IMG/VR virus record: IMGVR_UViG_3300033475_000043
Span: 1 to 47,602 of that record
Length of the DNA: 47,602 nucleotides
Source: a virus
Taxonomy: Duplodnaviria > Caudoviricetes
Reading direction: 5' to 3' (one strand)
Part shown: in pieces, positions 14,106 to 22,813 of the stretch
How positions within the stretch are numbered: position 1 is the first letter of the stretch
How the letters are laid out: each line of letters starts with the position of its first letter
The notes under the pieces: generated by a model
The model's database searches: none
What the model saw: the letters and a program-made list of their open reading frames with translations, nothing else
What the model was told of the DNA's origin: nothing
Position numbers and translations under genes: made by a program

Positions 14106-17100
14106 TAATTTTCACTTGCAATCGTGTCCGCTGACCACTGGATACATAATTCTTCGCCAGCTAGCGCGGTACCTGTCCCGTTTGTGGCCCTGATTTGCAC
14201 GCCTGTAGCTGATTTTGTTGTTGCCGGATCGATCGTGGCTGTTGGGACGGTCGCCGTCGTTGTCACGTCGCGCCAGCTAGCAGCGGCTGCCGCAGGATTA
14301 TATGTCGTAACTGTCGGGCTTGCTATCATGGTCGGATTGAACTGAATGTTGACGGAGGCCTGTGCGGTAGCGAGAGCGACCTGTGGCTGGAAACAATAAG
14401 AACCGGCCAAACCGGCATTCTGCGCCGGCGCAGTCCCAGGCGGGAACGACTTCTGATAGAACCTTTGCGCAAGATTCAATTCATTCGCCTGATCACGCGC
14501 TTGGTAATCCGCGAATTGCTTTGTCCCTGCGCGCAAATGCACACCAGTCCAGGCCATCACAGCCGCTATGGTGTTCGTAATGTTGACAGATGACGTTAAA
14601 TGAATGCGCGTTCCACTTGTCGGCGCAGTCCAACCAAGTGTTGCATTATTGAAATTCGACCCATTGCCAAGATCGAATCCGACATAAATAAAGAATGCAT
14701 TGTTAGCAGGCGGAGAAGTAAATCCTGATGCTCCGAGCGGAGCGGGAATATTCTGACTAAAGCATGTCCACGTGTTTGCGGCAGAGATCACATATTGAAA
14801 CTGATAGTAGAAAGTTCCACCAGTGTTTCTTAGCCAGCCGCCATATGTTCCGGTGACGCTTGATTTCGCGCAGAAATCCAAAACGACAGGTGTGCCAGAA
14901 TTGCTGCTCCAATTGAGCGTTTGAAATTGATTCCCCTCTAATGCGGTTTCGAGAAGAACTACGTTGGCGGCATTTGTCGCAACAGCAGTGCCACCGACCG
15001 TTAACTGTAAGGCGTAAGGGTATATGCTTGTACCCGTCGCAACCCGCTGCCATGTACCTACATTGGTGGCACCGCTATTTGTATTATTACACTTCCAACG
15101 ATCGACTAATCGAACTGCACCACCGCTTGCGCAGGTCGTAAAGGATGCCGCTTCATGCGGCTGGTCAATGGTCATATCGCCATTAATTACAAAGCTACCA
15201 ATAGTCTGAGGCGTGAGCGGATAAAATGTTCCCATGCCTGTGGCAAATGCGTTAGCCGTCGCGAAGTTTGTCCCGCTTCCAGTGACCTTTTGGAGATCAC
15301 TATACGATTGATAAAATGGAGCTACGGCTGTTGTGAAATCATTTGACCCGAGATTCATGATCCCAGCAGAATCGGCCAGAAACGCATAGGAATTTCCTGG
15401 CGAGACATTGCCATCTAGGATAAGCGGCGCGGAACCTGAATTTTCAAATACAGTTCCGTATCCGCCTACAGCGATTTGCATGTTAGTGTCATAGACACCA
15501 TTACCACCGCCATTGCTCCCCGTAGAAGTATTAACGATACCACGACCAATCGCGGTCATATAGCCTTGCCAATGGCCATAATGCGAATCTGAGTCGTACC
15601 AAACACCAATCAATGTCGGATCAATTGTGCTATTGCCGTCAACCGCGCACATCGTACAACTTGGCCACGCACAACCGCTGCCAAAGTAAAATGCCGTATC
15701 CGGTCCTTCAGCAGCCACATTGGTATAGTGAATGCCCTCCGAACTGGTACAGCTATAGGCCTTGCCACCGGCCCGGATCTGCGAACTCAATGTCGCGATC
15801 GGCGTTCCACCTGACAGCGCCGGGTCAGTGAATGTCACAGTTACGCTACCATTGGCCGACGCAGGCACACTGAGCCAAACGAGATTCTGTGAAGGCCATA
15901 CGGCAGAAACCGTAGTGCCGCCCTGAATTCCGGTACCGCTAACGGTCTGGCCAATTGCAATATTAGCGGCACTGGTGACGGGAACGACTCGAAGTCCGTA
16001 GGTTGTTGTTCCTGTGGTGCTAACGACACCAGTGGCACCACCGCCGAATGATGAACCCGTTAAATCGAAAGTCCCGGATGCATTATTAACTGCCGCAACA
16101 ACCCACCGTTTGTTTAGAACATTGATATTGGCACCAGAGATGACAATATTGTCCCCAACGGCTGGGCATGCGCTCTGCACCCAAGCCGCCCCGCTCCATG
16201 TCTCACAAAAACTTAGAGATGTATTGTAACCCGACTGACCTGTCGTGGGGGACCCTGGCCTTCCAGCCGTAGTCCATGTTGGGGTAGTTATCCGATACAG
16301 GCCAGTTGCGTTTGCAACGGCGGAGATTGAGAACACGGCGCTCGTTGCACCGTTAACGGTTGCGTAATACGCAATTTGAGAATTTCGGATCCAACTGGTA
16401 TCGTGAGATCCGTCTATCATGATGCCGTTGAGGCAATCACCCAAAAATCCGTCGACTGTTAGCCGCCCGCTAAGACTTACATCGACACACTTGTTAAAGC
16501 CCCATGCCGCTATCTTTTGAATGCGCGACTCTCCGGCAACGCTGATGGCTGTGCCATTGTTGGCAAAACCGTTCGCCATATCGACGTAATCGCGCAACGT
16601 CGATGGTGACCTGTTCATAGTCGCAGGCATTATTGCAATGCCTTCGATGGCGACTCCACGATTTGTGTTGCCAGTATTGAGGGTAATGGTTGCGCTATTG
16701 CCTGTCTTACCGTTACCGCTCACTGCGCCAGATGCAGAATTCAAAAGGATCAGATATTTGATATTGGAGAAGCTAGAAGCAGGGCGCGTGGCGCCGACTT
16801 GATTGTTGCCGATCAACATGCAATTCGGCGGAACGGTGATAGTGCTATTAATAAAATACTGTTTTGCAGAAATTTGAACTTTGCCACCCCCGGCATTACT
16901 GCAAGCCGTCAAGGCGTTTGCAAATGCCGTCGTATCATCAGTCGATGCGTCACCGACCGCGCCATATGAGTCAACCCAAAAGATCGCGGGCGGCTGCGTC
17001 TGTTGCCAGTTCGTGCCGTCATACCATTCCCAAGCCTTCAAAGTTGAATTATAGCCAACATATCCCGCGCCGACTGAAGGACGAGCCGACGTCGTCCAAC

Positions 17101-17197
17101 ATGGCGTTCCCGCGCAAAAATCGGCCTCCGCCTTCTGGGACATGGTCCCAGCGAAGCCAGCAATAACCGCAAGAGCGATTAGAAAGCGCTTGAGCAT
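14105..17197 (-). CDS. Pectate-lyase-like beta-helix tailspike/depolymerase with apparent signal peptide
   Basis: VDSYGAVGDASTDDTTAFANAL (Pectate_lyase_3 start); C-terminal INGDM.I.Q...DRW...EL..AQRFYQK fibre-type domain. Confidence 0.8.
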   Translation of the reverse strand: MLKRFLIALAVIAGFAGTMSQKAEADFCAGTPCWTTSARPSVGAGYVGYNSTLKAWEWYDGTNWQQTQPPAIFWVDSYGAVGDASTDDTTAFANALTACSNAGGGKVQISAKQYFINSTITVPPNCMLIGNNQVGATRPASSFSNIKYLILLNSASGAVSGNGKTGNSATITLNTGNTNRGVAIEGIAIMPATMNRSPSTLRDYVDMANGFANNGTAISVAGESRIQKIAAWGFNKCVDVSLSGRLTVDGFLGDCLNGIMIDGSHDTSWIRNSQIAYYATVNGATSAVFSISAVANATGLYRITTPTWTTAGRPGSPTTGQSGYNTSLSFCETWSGAAWVQSACPAVGDNIVISGANINVLNKRWVVAAVNNASGTFDLTGSSFGGGATGVVSTTGTTTYGLRVVPVTSAANIAIGQTVSGTGIQGGTTVSAVWPSQNLVWLSVPASANGSVTVTFTDPALSGGTPIATLSSQIRAGGKAYSCTSSEGIHYTNVAAEGPDTAFYFGSGCAWPSCTMCAVDGNSTIDPTLIGVWYDSDSHYGHWQGYMTAIGRGIVNTSTGSNGGGNGVYDTNMQIAVGGYGTVFENSGSAPLILDGNVSPGNSYAFLADSAGIMNLGSNDFTTAVAPFYQSYSDLQKVTGSGTNFATANAFATGMGTFYPLTPQTIGSFVINGDMTIDQPHEAASFTTCASGGAVRLVDRWKCNNTNSGATNVGTWQRVATGTSIYPYALQLTVGGTAVATNAANVVLLETALEGNQFQTLNWSSNSGTPVVLDFCAKSSVTGTYGGWLRNTGGTFYYQFQYVISAANTWTCFSQNIPAPLGASGFTSPPANNAFFIYVGFDLGNGSNFNNATLGWTAPTSGTRIHLTSSVNITNTIAAVMAWTGVHLRAGTKQFADYQARDQANELNLAQRFYQKSFPPGTAPAQNAGLAGSYCFQPQVALATAQASVNIQFNPTMIASPTVTTYNPAAAAASWRDVTTTATVPTATIDPATTKSATGVQIRATNGTGTALAGEELCIQWSADTIASEN

Positions 17198-17198
17198 A

Positions 17199-19199
17199 TT
17201 AAATCACCTGTCTTGTGGAGATGTAGCTTCCGGCCTTTAAGGCCGTGGCGTGTGAGCCGTCAGTGACAGCCTGCGCGCACTGAACGGAAAGATTGGCCCC
17301 CGTAGAGCCGACCGTTACGATCCCTCGGACGCGTATCAGTTCAGTCGTCGTGTTAAGTCTGTTGACAATGTCACCAGTGTTACGGGCAATGCTGTCGTCG
17401 CCGACCGTCCAGACAACCGACGCAGTCAGCGGCGAGACCAAAGGCGAAGTCGCTATTTGCATCCCGAATTGAAAGCCGGCCGTCGTAACTGTATTCGTCC
17501 AATACAGAAGCCCCTCGACCACATGCGTTGTGTTGGGGGCCAATGAGATAGACAGCGATGAATCCGTTCCAAGCGTTGAATTCGTCAGACTTGAATCTGT
17601 GCTGCGAACAGCCGTCGAAAATACGCTGCCTCCGACAGTAGGTGCCGCCCATGTGCCATCGGCACGTAAGAAGTTAGACGTGCCCCCGCCAGACGCAGGA
17701 GCTGCACCGGATAGGGACGAGCTGAAAGCGTTTACGAGAGTAGTGAGCTGAGTAGCGGTTAGGTCGGTTGGGACTGCCGTACCGCCCGAGACGTTGCCCT
17801 TGACCGTATTGTTAGCCATCGTCGCCATTTTGGCGTTGGTGACGGCATTGTTAGCGATGGTCGTAGCTACAGCACCGGCAGAAGTGGTCACGTCTCCAGT
17901 CAGCGCAGGCATCTGAGTCGCGACTACGGAACCAGATAGATTCGTAAAGGCTGGTTGAGCCTTAGAGATGACTCCCGCTGCACTAATTGCGGTCAGAAAG
18001 TTATTACTAGCACCTGTGTCGGGAACAACAGTATTTGAAACGGTGCCCGAAGAATTCTTCGACGATAAAACGTTGTTGGTACTATCGGCCCAAATGGCCA
18101 CATGAGAGGCAGATGGACTAGAAGGTGCCGCAATGGTAGCGGCGACGATCTGTCCCGCCATAGAGACGCCGGTCGGAATATTAGCGAGGACAGTCGCGGT
18201 CTGTCCAGCCGTCATCGTGACGTCGCCGGTCAGGGCTGGCATCTGCGTTGCAGATACAGAGCCAGAAAGATTACTGAAAGCCGGTTGTGCCTTTGAGATC
18301 ACACCGGCTGCGCTAATAGCCGTTAGGAAGTTATTGCTGGCACCTGTATCCGGAACGACTGTATTAGAAACGGTACCTGCGTCGTTCTTTGAAGACAGCA
18401 CTTTGTTAGTACTATCCACATAGATTCTGGTTTTAGTGGATGCGGGAGTGGACGGAGCTATGCTGTTAGTAACAAGGATGTCCCCTGCCATTGGAACATC
18501 GTTTGGGATGTTGGCTAGAGTTGTGGTCGTAGAGCCAGAAGGCTTAGTTACGTCACCGGTATATGCTGGTGTTCTCGCGCCGCCCAAAGTTCCAGAAGAG
18601 ATATTAGAAGCGTTTGTTGTGTCTGTCGTAGCCGACGCAGCAAAAGCAACTCCACCGGTCTTTGTAACAGCAACGGCGCCCGTCGCCGTATTGATCGTTG
18701 CGTCTCCTGATGCCGTAAACCCGTCGAAGCTTCCGCTATTGTTCCATTGAATTTGGCCAGAAGCCCCGCCAGGCGTTCCACCTCCTGACCCGGATGGAGT
18801 TACCCATGTTCCGTCGCCGCGAAGGAACGTACTTGTTGACGCGCCCGTGCCACTATTGAAGCGGTTAACTGAAAGAGTGCCAGAAGATATATTGCTTGCA
18901 TTTGTCGTGTCCGTCGTAGCTGATGCAGCAAGCCCAGAAATATCGCTCGCGGCCAATTGCCCAACCGTAACGTTGGCGCCAACCGAGGTTTGTTTCAGAA
19001 CCTGAGATGCACCACCAGTCCCCGAGAGATCCGCGTGCGTACCACCACGGGCTAAGGCAACAAGGCCGGTGGTTAAATCTCCTGCGTCGCTCGACCCGCC
19101 TGCCGGCTTAGGGAATCGTTTAACATGGCCGGACGAATTTAGACCAAGGTAGGTTTCTGCCCCGTCGCTTGTATCGAGGGGATAATCATTGACCCGCAT
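17199..19199 (-). CDS. Tail/head fibre protein 1
   Basis: Ser/Thr/Gly-rich; FLRGDGTW twice; TGDVT repeats. Confidence 0.8.
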   Translation of the reverse strand: MRVNDYPLDTSDGAETYLGLNSSGHVKRFPKPAGGSSDAGDLTTGLVALARGGTHADLSGTGGASQVLKQTSVGANVTVGQLAASDISGLAASATTDTTNASNISSGTLSVNRFNSGTGASTSTFLRGDGTWVTPSGSGGGTPGGASGQIQWNNSGSFDGFTASGDATINTATGAVAVTKTGGVAFAASATTDTTNASNISSGTLGGARTPAYTGDVTKPSGSTTTTLANIPNDVPMAGDILVTNSIAPSTPASTKTRIYVDSTNKVLSSKNDAGTVSNTVVPDTGASNNFLTAISAAGVISKAQPAFSNLSGSVSATQMPALTGDVTMTAGQTATVLANIPTGVSMAGQIVAATIAAPSSPSASHVAIWADSTNNVLSSKNSSGTVSNTVVPDTGASNNFLTAISAAGVISKAQPAFTNLSGSVVATQMPALTGDVTTSAGAVATTIANNAVTNAKMATMANNTVKGNVSGGTAVPTDLTATQLTTLVNAFSSSLSGAAPASGGGTSNFLRADGTWAAPTVGGSVFSTAVRSTDSSLTNSTLGTDSSLSISLAPNTTHVVEGLLYWTNTVTTAGFQFGMQIATSPLVSPLTASVVWTVGDDSIARNTGDIVNRLNTTTELIRVRGIVTVGSTGANLSVQCAQAVTDGSHATALKAGSYISTRQVI
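17886..18560 (-). repeat. 330-nt (110 aa) tandem duplication within fibre 1
   Basis: NTVVPDTGASNNFLTAISAAGVISKAQPAF.NLSGSV.ATQMPALTGDVT occurs twice, 330 nt apart. Confidence 0.85.
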
Positions 19200-19206
19200 T
19201 TTTTGA

Positions 19207-20103
19207 TTACCCCACGTATTCGGTTAGGTCGAGCGCCGTCGCTACACTACCGATTGCCAAGATCTTAAGTGTTGGCATTTTGCTGAGCGTCGCCATGAAG
19301 GATTGTTTATTCAAACGGGCGCTATCATCAGGGAACATCGCCACAAATACGGGGACATCAATCCCAGATAGTTCGCACATTCGGTCTATTTTGTCCCATG
19401 CAACGCTCCAGCTCTCTAGCGGATAACTGACAGAAATTTGTCGGATGTTCTTGCGCCGCGTGAAATAGGGCGTCCCGCTAGACGCCTTTTGAACCTTCGT
19501 ATTTGCATCGCGTGTAAACGTAGAACCATCTTCTATATTGAATGTAGTCTGAAGAACTTCGCCGATCAGGATCTTCCCAATTTGAATATATCCATCAGTA
19601 TTTGCTGTATTTGAAATACTGACGACAATTGATTTTGCCTGAATGTCTTGACCAAACAAAACAGGGAAATTCAATCCCTTTCCGTCTGGATCTTCAATTG
19701 CATCCGTTGACGTCCAAACGTCCGTTAATCCAGAATCATAAATAGAAACTGCCGGCGAACTTGCATCAAAGGCTTGCACCCGAACTAATCCGTTCTCATC
19801 AAGATTAGTGCCAACCAATGCCACACCCTGGATAAGCCTAGTTGACGGGAATGTTGCGGTTAGGGTTGTCGATCCAGTCGTTGCGTCAGTCGACCGCGCA
19901 ACCTTTGAAGGCCTGCGATCCTGAAGGTTGCTTAACGGCAATGTCCAACTGCCACCAGAAAGCGTCGCATTTGCTATCTGGTCGTTATAGATAATTTGAA
20001 GGTTTGCAGTCACTTGATTGATATCCTCATAAATCGGATCGAAACTCTCATCCGTTACGAAGTCGAATATTTCATCTGAGATCGGGACATGAATGATTGC
20101 CAT
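19207..20103 (-). CDS. Minor tail / distal-tail-like protein with N-terminal acidic tag
   Basis: PLSNLQ..RPSKVARS, LVGTNL and GYIQIGKI patterns; position after the tail-tip gene. Confidence 0.7.
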   Translation of the reverse strand: MAIIHVPISDEIFDFVTDESFDPIYEDINQVTANLQIIYNDQIANATLSGGSWTLPLSNLQDRRPSKVARSTDATTGSTTLTATFPSTRLIQGVALVGTNLDENGLVRVQAFDASSPAVSIYDSGLTDVWTSTDAIEDPDGKGLNFPVLFGQDIQAKSIVVSISNTANTDGYIQIGKILIGEVLQTTFNIEDGSTFTRDANTKVQKASSGTPYFTRRKNIRQISVSYPLESWSVAWDKIDRMCELSGIDVPVFVAMFPDDSARLNKQSFMATLSKMPTLKILAIGSVATALDLTEYVG

Positions 20104-20199
20104 TTCGGCCCCGACTTTACCGCCGTGTGGCGCAAGTCAGAATGGCCACGGCTAGGAATGTTGCAGCTAGCGTTACAAGGAACGCTAACTCGTCGCTCA

Positions 20200-22809
20200 T
20201 TAACCCCACAAATCTAACTGCAAAGTATTGTCGAGGTAGTTGTCGACGCGACCTATTACTACGAAATCTTTCCCGGCTGATAAGCCAAACCGTGGAGATT
20301 GCAGCGTGACTACTGTTCCAAGCTCCGCGTCGGATGTATAATCAAGCCAGGTCGTAACTCTGTATGCTTCTCGCTTCGTTGAATAGATAGCAAATAGCCG
20401 TGCCGCCTCATTTGTCGCGTCATCAAAATCAACTAGGCATGAATCCAATGTAGTTTGTAGCGCTAGAATTGATTTATCTTTAATCGTCTGATCTTGAACA
20501 ATGACTGAATAGCCATCTTGCGACAACACCGCGCGTTGTACCGCCCCAACTGTACCAGCGAGTTGTGAGGCATCCTGTATTGTCCAGTTCTTGGCATATT
20601 TGAAAGTAAGAAGCCACGTCGTAAGACCTCTGCCCCCCTCACCAATACCAATACGTTGAATGTCACTTCCCACAATAATAGACTCGTCAATTGTTAGAAT
20701 AGATGTGCTAGGAGAGGCCGGTGCCTCAAATCGCCCAACACCAAAAAGACCAATTTGATTTGGAACAAGATACCCGCCAATTGAATCTAGAACCTGTTGT
20801 GCAGCCTGAATAGTAGTTATGTCGCCCGAAACCAAAATACCACAACTCGCGCTGTTCTTAACATCGAGCGCCGTAAAGGTGTCTTCATCAATAGGCGCGA
20901 TTATTTTCATACTTGCATTCTTGTAGAAAAACCCACTCGCACCATCTCCGGTGTAATCGGTATTTAACGGACTAATAACAAGGCTAAACAATTCAAGAGA
21001 AAACACCGGCTCGGTATCAGACGCAAAGTCTACCGTCACATTGAAATAGCCGCTGCCTGCACTAGTTATCGCAAAAGAATTAATTTGCATAGCGCCCCAA
21101 TTATCTTCAGTAATGGCAAGCGCACCGGCAGTGAGATCAATAGGCAGCCGAAACCCACTCGAACCAGAAAAGTTGATGAATTGAATTACAACAAATCTGC
21201 CGTTAGCTAAGAAATCAGCAGAGAACCGATAAACAACTCGCCGGTTTGCTTTAATAAAAGTCTGAGAAATCCAATGTTGACCACTGCTTGTGTCTTCTTT
21301 GAACTGAAAAACCGTACCAGTAATTAGCGTAGAATTTGTTTTAACCCACTGATCCGGAGAACTCAAAATCAATTCGTCGCCGGTGACGCCATAGAAATCC
21401 TCAAGCATATCCTGGACGATCGACGCGGCGGTGAATGTAGCCAATTCAGACAATTGCCAATCGGAAACTTGAATCGCGCTGCCGCCGTCGCCAAGATAGC
21501 TTGAGGCATCTGGCGAATTCCCGGCATGGTTTAGAATGTTGGCTTGCACCCAAAGATTGTTGGCAACCGACGTTGTAAATTCGAGCTCGACGGAAAAGAT
21601 CGGGTTGAATCCATCATCGCTGATGTTGCCAGTATCTGTCATCGACAACGGGTAGGAGGTTATTGCAAATCCACCGACCCCCGCCGTTACCGAAATCAAA
21701 TCGCCGGTCAGCAAATTATAATAAATCGCTGCAAAATTGCTGCCCGTCGAAAAATCACCGAACACGATTTCAACATGGCGGTTTAGCCCGGTGTTGGTGA
21801 AATAAATCGCGAACTTGCCGGAGAAACGATAGGTCTTTTGCACGGTGGATTTGCTTAAGACATATCCGGCTGTATGGGTTCCGGTTGAGTTAGCCTCTAG
21901 CACAAATGTTTTTGTGTCTACCGACGACGAAGTTGCTAGTGTTGCAAATCCGCCATGTGGCGCATCGTTCTCAAATCCCAGAATTGCCGGCAAAAGGTTG
22001 GTGCCAAAATTAACGTCGCCAGTGATCTGAAACACCGGGCTCGAACCGAGCCTCACATAGCCACCTGCGAGGTAGGTCGCATAATGGCCGGCAACCTGCG
22101 TCCACGAGAATAGGCCGCTTAAGCTACCCTGATCACCATCATAAACCAGCTGCGCGCCGCCATCATAAACAACCACGCCATTGATCGCGCCGTCGCTGAA
22201 TTGATAGACCAAATCGAACGGGTTTGCGGCCTGCGCCGGAGCGTTGAACACCTGGCCATAGACTTTTTGTTTTTTGACTCCGGTCAATTCGCTGTTGCCA
22301 GCCACATCGCCGCCACCGCCGCCCGTCGTGGTCCCGCTATAGGTGTTCTGCAACAGCGGCTGCTCTAAATCTGTCAAGGCATCATGCAGCTTGATCGATA
22401 GCTTACTATAGGCATCGGTCGAGATCAGCTGCTCGATCGTGCCGGTAAACATGGTTTCCGCGTCGCTGATGTCGGTTTGCTGATCAGCGAGGGATTGAAT
22501 GATAATTTGCCGGCCGTCGAAAAACCACGGCAGCATATAATCGAGCGTGTCATCAGGGCTGGTTGTGCCGTTGACGTTGGCACTGGCTAGCACTACGTCA
22601 CCGCTACCTACCTGACTTTGTCCCCTGATCTGCCCCTCGGAAAATAAGTGCCGCTCGAAGTTTCCAGCGTCGACCACCCGCGGCTCAAAATAGGTATTTG
22701 GCAAATGGCTTGCCGCGGTAGTCATCACTCCATCGGTACTAAACCGCAGTGTCTGCACGTTGGTGCCGTCGTTGGCCTGCACGGTGATTAAATAAACTCG
22801 GGACGCCAT
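20200..22809 (-). CDS. Tail tip / hub-like protein
   Basis: Follows the tape measure; K.KVYG.VFN motif; C-terminal ELG.VV.L..PRFGL..GK.F.VIG...LWG. Confidence 0.75.
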   Translation of the reverse strand: MASRVYLITVQANDGTNVQTLRFSTDGVMTTAASHLPNTYFEPRVVDAGNFERHLFSEGQIRGQSQVGSGDVVLASANVNGTTSPDDTLDYMLPWFFDGRQIIIQSLADQQTDISDAETMFTGTIEQLISTDAYSKLSIKLHDALTDLEQPLLQNTYSGTTTGGGGGDVAGNSELTGVKKQKVYGQVFNAPAQAANPFDLVYQFSDGAINGVVVYDGGAQLVYDGDQGSLSGLFSWTQVAGHYATYLAGGYVRLGSSPVFQITGDVNFGTNLLPAILGFENDAPHGGFATLATSSSVDTKTFVLEANSTGTHTAGYVLSKSTVQKTYRFSGKFAIYFTNTGLNRHVEIVFGDFSTGSNFAAIYYNLLTGDLISVTAGVGGFAITSYPLSMTDTGNISDDGFNPIFSVELEFTTSVANNLWVQANILNHAGNSPDASSYLGDGGSAIQVSDWQLSELATFTAASIVQDMLEDFYGVTGDELILSSPDQWVKTNSTLITGTVFQFKEDTSSGQHWISQTFIKANRRVVYRFSADFLANGRFVVIQFINFSGSSGFRLPIDLTAGALAITEDNWGAMQINSFAITSAGSGYFNVTVDFASDTEPVFSLELFSLVISPLNTDYTGDGASGFFYKNASMKIIAPIDEDTFTALDVKNSASCGILVSGDITTIQAAQQVLDSIGGYLVPNQIGLFGVGRFEAPASPSTSILTIDESIIVGSDIQRIGIGEGGRGLTTWLLTFKYAKNWTIQDASQLAGTVGAVQRAVLSQDGYSVIVQDQTIKDKSILALQTTLDSCLVDFDDATNEAARLFAIYSTKREAYRVTTWLDYTSDAELGTVVTLQSPRFGLSAGKDFVVIGRVDNYLDNTLQLDLWG

Positions 22810-22813
22810 GGGC

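Noticed and set aside
11123-19199. Diversity-generating retroelement or invertible fibre switch
   Set aside because: No reverse transcriptase or invertase, no adenine-specific TR/VR pair; all fibre genes are co-oriented.
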